Assembly: GCA_028707455.1 (NCBI GenBank)
Contig: JAQWAY010000001.1
Location: forward strand, 9,764-73,763
DNA from: Bacilli bacterium
Lineage (GTDB): Bacteria; Bacillota_I; Bacilli_A; RF39; UBA660
Direction of reading: 5' to 3'
DNA length: 64,000 bases
Under the pieces are notes generated by a model, which was not told the origin of the DNA, ran no database searches, and was given only the letters and a program-made list of their open reading frames with translations. The position numbers and the translations under genes were made by a program. This document shows, in pieces, positions 61,663-64,000 of this stretch. The number at the start of each line of letters is the position of its first letter. Position 1 is the stretch's first letter.

Positions 61663-62508
61663 ATGTCACAAAAAAGTTACGATAATAGTCCAACTTTATA
61701 TTTAATACCTACTCCAATTGGTAATATGGATGATATTACTCTAAGAGCAATTAATATATTAAAAGAAGTAAAAGTAATATTTTCGGAAGACACAAGAGTA
61801 ACTGGATTATTATTAAGTAAATTAGGTATTAAAAAAAAGACAATTGCTAATCATGAATATAATGAGAAAAAAAATATGGAATTAGCTATTAAATATTTAA
61901 ATAATGGTGATAGTATTGGTCTAGTTAGTGATCGAGGAACCCCCATTATTAGTGATCCTGGTTATGAAATAACTAAATATGTTATTGAACAGGGGTATAA
62001 TGTTGTTTCACTACCTGGAGCAACAGCATTAATCCCAGCTTTAACAGTTTCTGGAATCAGTCCGATGCCTTTTCTATTTTATGGTTTTTTAAATAGTAAT
62101 GAAAATAAAAGAATAAAAGAATTAGAAAATTTAAAAAATGTAAAGGCAACTATAATCTTTTATGAAGCACCTCATCGTATTCATAAAACGTTGGGAAATG
62201 TTTTAAATGTTTTTGGAAATAGGGAAATTTGTATTTCCCGGGAAATAACTAAAAAGCACGAAGAGGTTTATCGTGGAACTGTCAAAGATGTTTTAGAACA
62301 AATTGTTGACATTAAAGGTGAAATTGTTTTAGTTGTATCTGGTAATAATAAAGGGGAAAACTATGACAACTGTACACTTATTGAACATATTGAACAATAT
62401 ATTGCCGATGGTTACAAAGTTATGGATGCAATTAAGGCAGTGAGTAAGGATCGTAATCTTAAAAAAAGCGATGTCTATAATGAATATTTAAAATATAAAG
62501 GTAGATGA
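61663..62508 (+). CDS. rsmI: 16S rRNA (cytidine1402-2-prime-O)-methyltransferase RsmI
   Basis: It has the tetrapyrrole-methylase fold and LYLIPTPIGNMDDITLRA. Confidence 0.85.
   Translation: MSQKSYDNSPTLYLIPTPIGNMDDITLRAINILKEVKVIFSEDTRVTGLLLSKLGIKKKTIANHEYNEKKNMELAIKYLNNGDSIGLVSDRGTPIISDPGYEITKYVIEQGYNVVSLPGATALIPALTVSGISPMPFLFYGFLNSNENKRIKELENLKNVKATIIFYEAPHRIHKTLGNVLNVFGNREICISREITKKHEEVYRGTVKDVLEQIVDIKGEIVLVVSGNNKGENYDNCTLIEHIEQYIADGYKVMDAIKAVSKDRNLKKSDVYNEYLKYKGR
62233..62246. promoter_or_regulatory. Second NBS palindrome ATTTCCCGGGAAAT, inside the rsmI coding sequence
   Basis: It is identical to the 14-mer at 55620. Confidence 0.65.
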
Positions 62509-62512
62509 TATT

Positions 62513-63070
62513 ATGAAATTAATTGTTGGTTTAGGAAATCCAGGTAAAGAGTATCAAAAAACTCGTCATAATATGGGATTTTTAATGATTGATAAGATGG
62601 TGGAAAATCTTAATGCTGATTTTAAAAATAAAAATGGTGGATTATATTTTGATACCCTTCTTTATGGAGAAAAAATAATTTTTTTAAAACCACAACAATA
62701 TATTAATCTATCAGGACAAGTTATTAAAAAGTATATTGATTATTATAAAATTGATATTGAGGATATTTTTATTATTCATGATGATTTAGATTTAGAAGTT
62801 GGTACTTTTAAATTAAGAACAGCTGGTAGTAGTGCTGGCCATAATGGTTTAAAAGATATTGAACGTTGTCTTAACACTCAAGAGTATAAAAGAATGAAAA
62901 TTGGGATATCAAATAATAAGAATATGGATACTAAGGATTATGTAATAGGAAATTTTTCTAAAGAAGATCAAAAAAAATTTGAGGAAGTTTTTAAACTTGG
63001 TCCAGAATTACTTAAAGACTATATTGAATTATCATTTTCTAATTTAATGAATAAATATAATAAAAGATAG
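62513..63070 (+). CDS. pth: Peptidyl-tRNA hydrolase
   Basis: It begins MKLIVGLGNPGKEYQKTRHNMGF, with the catalytic His in HN.G. Confidence 0.9.
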   Translation: MKLIVGLGNPGKEYQKTRHNMGFLMIDKMVENLNADFKNKNGGLYFDTLLYGEKIIFLKPQQYINLSGQVIKKYIDYYKIDIEDIFIIHDDLDLEVGTFKLRTAGSSAGHNGLKDIERCLNTQEYKRMKIGISNNKNMDTKDYVIGNFSKEDQKKFEEVFKLGPELLKDYIELSFSNLMNKYNKR

Positions 63071-63112
63071 TGATACTAAAAGTATCATTTTTGAATTGAA
63101 GGGAGGAATAAT

Positions 63113-64000
63113 ATGTCAATATTTAATAAACTATTTGATGACAATAATAAGTCATCACAGATTATTGGTTTAACAGATGAATTAAAGTGTTTATATGCAT
63201 ACAATTTATTTAATAAAACTAATAAAGGAGTTTTATTAGTTACTAGTTCTTTATATGAAGCTAGTAATTATTATCAATCGCTTCTAAATTATACTGATGA
63301 TGTATTATTTTTCCCAATGGATGACTTTTTAACTAGCGAAGCCTTAGCTATTAGTCCGGAATTTAAAATTACTAGGTTAGAAACCTTAAAGATGTTAGCG
63401 GAAAACAATAATAAAATTGTGATTACTAATTTAATGGGTTATTTGCGTTATTTACCAACCAAGAATAAATTTAAGACGAGTAAGATCACTTTAAAAGTGA
63501 ATGATACTTATAAGATAGATGATTTAATTAGTGAACTATATAATTATGGTTATACTAAAGAAGTGGTTGTTAATAAAACTGGTGAAATAGCAGTTCGAGG
63601 CTTTGTTGTTGATATTTTCCCGATTAGTGATACTAATCCAATTCGAATTGAATACTGGGGAGATCAAATTGATTCAATTCGTATTTTTGATATTAATAGT
63701 CAATTAACGATTAAAAGTATTAATGAAGTTGAGATAAATGCGAATACTGAGTTTTTAATTGATAAAGATATTGATACTTTTGACTTGAAGCAGCGTGATT
63801 TACCAAAATATACGACAGTTACTAATATTAGTGATTATGTGGGGAATATTACTATTTTTGATGATTATCGTCAATTGGAGGTAAGTTATAAATTATTATT
63901 GGATGAAATGTTAAATTATAACATAAGTCTAAATATTGATGGTAATACATCATATATGAATGATTTTTATAATATTAAAAATAATGAAGAAGTTTATTTT
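63113..64000 (+). CDS. mfd: Transcription-repair coupling factor Mfd, N-terminal part; the gene continues past the window end
   Basis: It has the UvrB-homology N-domain layout, an open frame to the window edge, and a GGGAGG RBS. Its position follows pth as in Bacillus. Confidence 0.7.
   Translation, partial: MSIFNKLFDDNNKSSQIIGLTDELKCLYAYNLFNKTNKGVLLVTSSLYEASNYYQSLLNYTDDVLFFPMDDFLTSEALAISPEFKITRLETLKMLAENNNKIVITNLMGYLRYLPTKNKFKTSKITLKVNDTYKIDDLISELYNYGYTKEVVVNKTGEIAVRGFVVDIFPISDTNPIRIEYWGDQIDSIRIFDINSQLTIKSINEVEINANTEFLIDKDIDTFDLKQRDLPKYTTVTNISDYVGNITIFDDYRQLEVSYKLLLDEMLNYNISLNIDGNTSYMNDFYNIKNNEEVYF

Noticed and set aside
1-64000. Possibility of a Mollicute-type genetic code (UGA=Trp) given the extreme AT content
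   Set aside because: All large housekeeping ORFs (gyrA, gyrB, dnaX, uvrB, mnmG, the 1697-aa protein) are uninterrupted under the standard code. Sporulation genes are present. Standard code 11 fits.
1-64000. CRISPR arrays, transposases, integrases, phage genes, and tRNA or rRNA genes
   Set aside because: None were seen. There are no regularly spaced direct repeats, and no ORF has recombinase or transposase motifs. The only holin-like ORF (35019-35462) is the conserved DUF360/YvlD neighbour of lgt.

Overview
This is an AT-rich Firmicute chromosomal window, low GC by eye, read under the standard genetic code. It spans the replication origin with the classic layout: on the minus strand yidC-jag, rnpA and rpmH; on the plus strand dnaA, dnaN, recF, gyrB, gyrA, SRP RNA, tadA, dnaX, ybaB, recR, a bofA-like gene, holB, yaaT, yabB, rsmI, pth and mfd. 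Upstream on the minus strand lie mnmE, mnmG and rsmG followed by a single Noc-type ParB, then uvrB, lgt, trxB, yvcK-whiA, rplI, dnaB helicase, an M23 peptidase, yycJ, rlmH, spoIIR, mntP, fba, murA, rpmE, asnB, lepB, a 1697-aa cadherin-like repeat surface protein, alr with an ATP-grasp ligase and rpiB, spoIID, a SpoIIQ-like protein, spoIIID, mbl, tagO and typA. The organism is an endospore former of the Clostridia or Erysipelotrichia type: spoIID, spoIIQ-like, spoIIID, spoIIR, yaaT, a bofA-like gene and whiA are all present. No transposase, integrase, CRISPR array, tRNA or rRNA gene was seen.

The most interesting feature is the chromosome-organisation module. A Noc ortholog lacks the N-terminal membrane helix and instead carries a ~370-aa acidic C-terminal extension with a poly-Asn microsatellite. 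Two perfect Noc-binding palindromes (ATTTCCCGGGAAAT) occur in the window, and three half-site repeats sit in the noc promoter. Four tightly clustered parS sites lie in the gyrA to SRP-RNA intergenic region. No soj-spo0J is present at the canonical position. Other notable features are a ComK-family gene occupying the dnaN-recF slot, a candidate D-amino-acid dipeptide operon (alr, ATP-grasp, rpiB), an orphan HExxH/zinc-finger protein island, and a recently duplicated cadherin-like surface giant with a palindromic operator.
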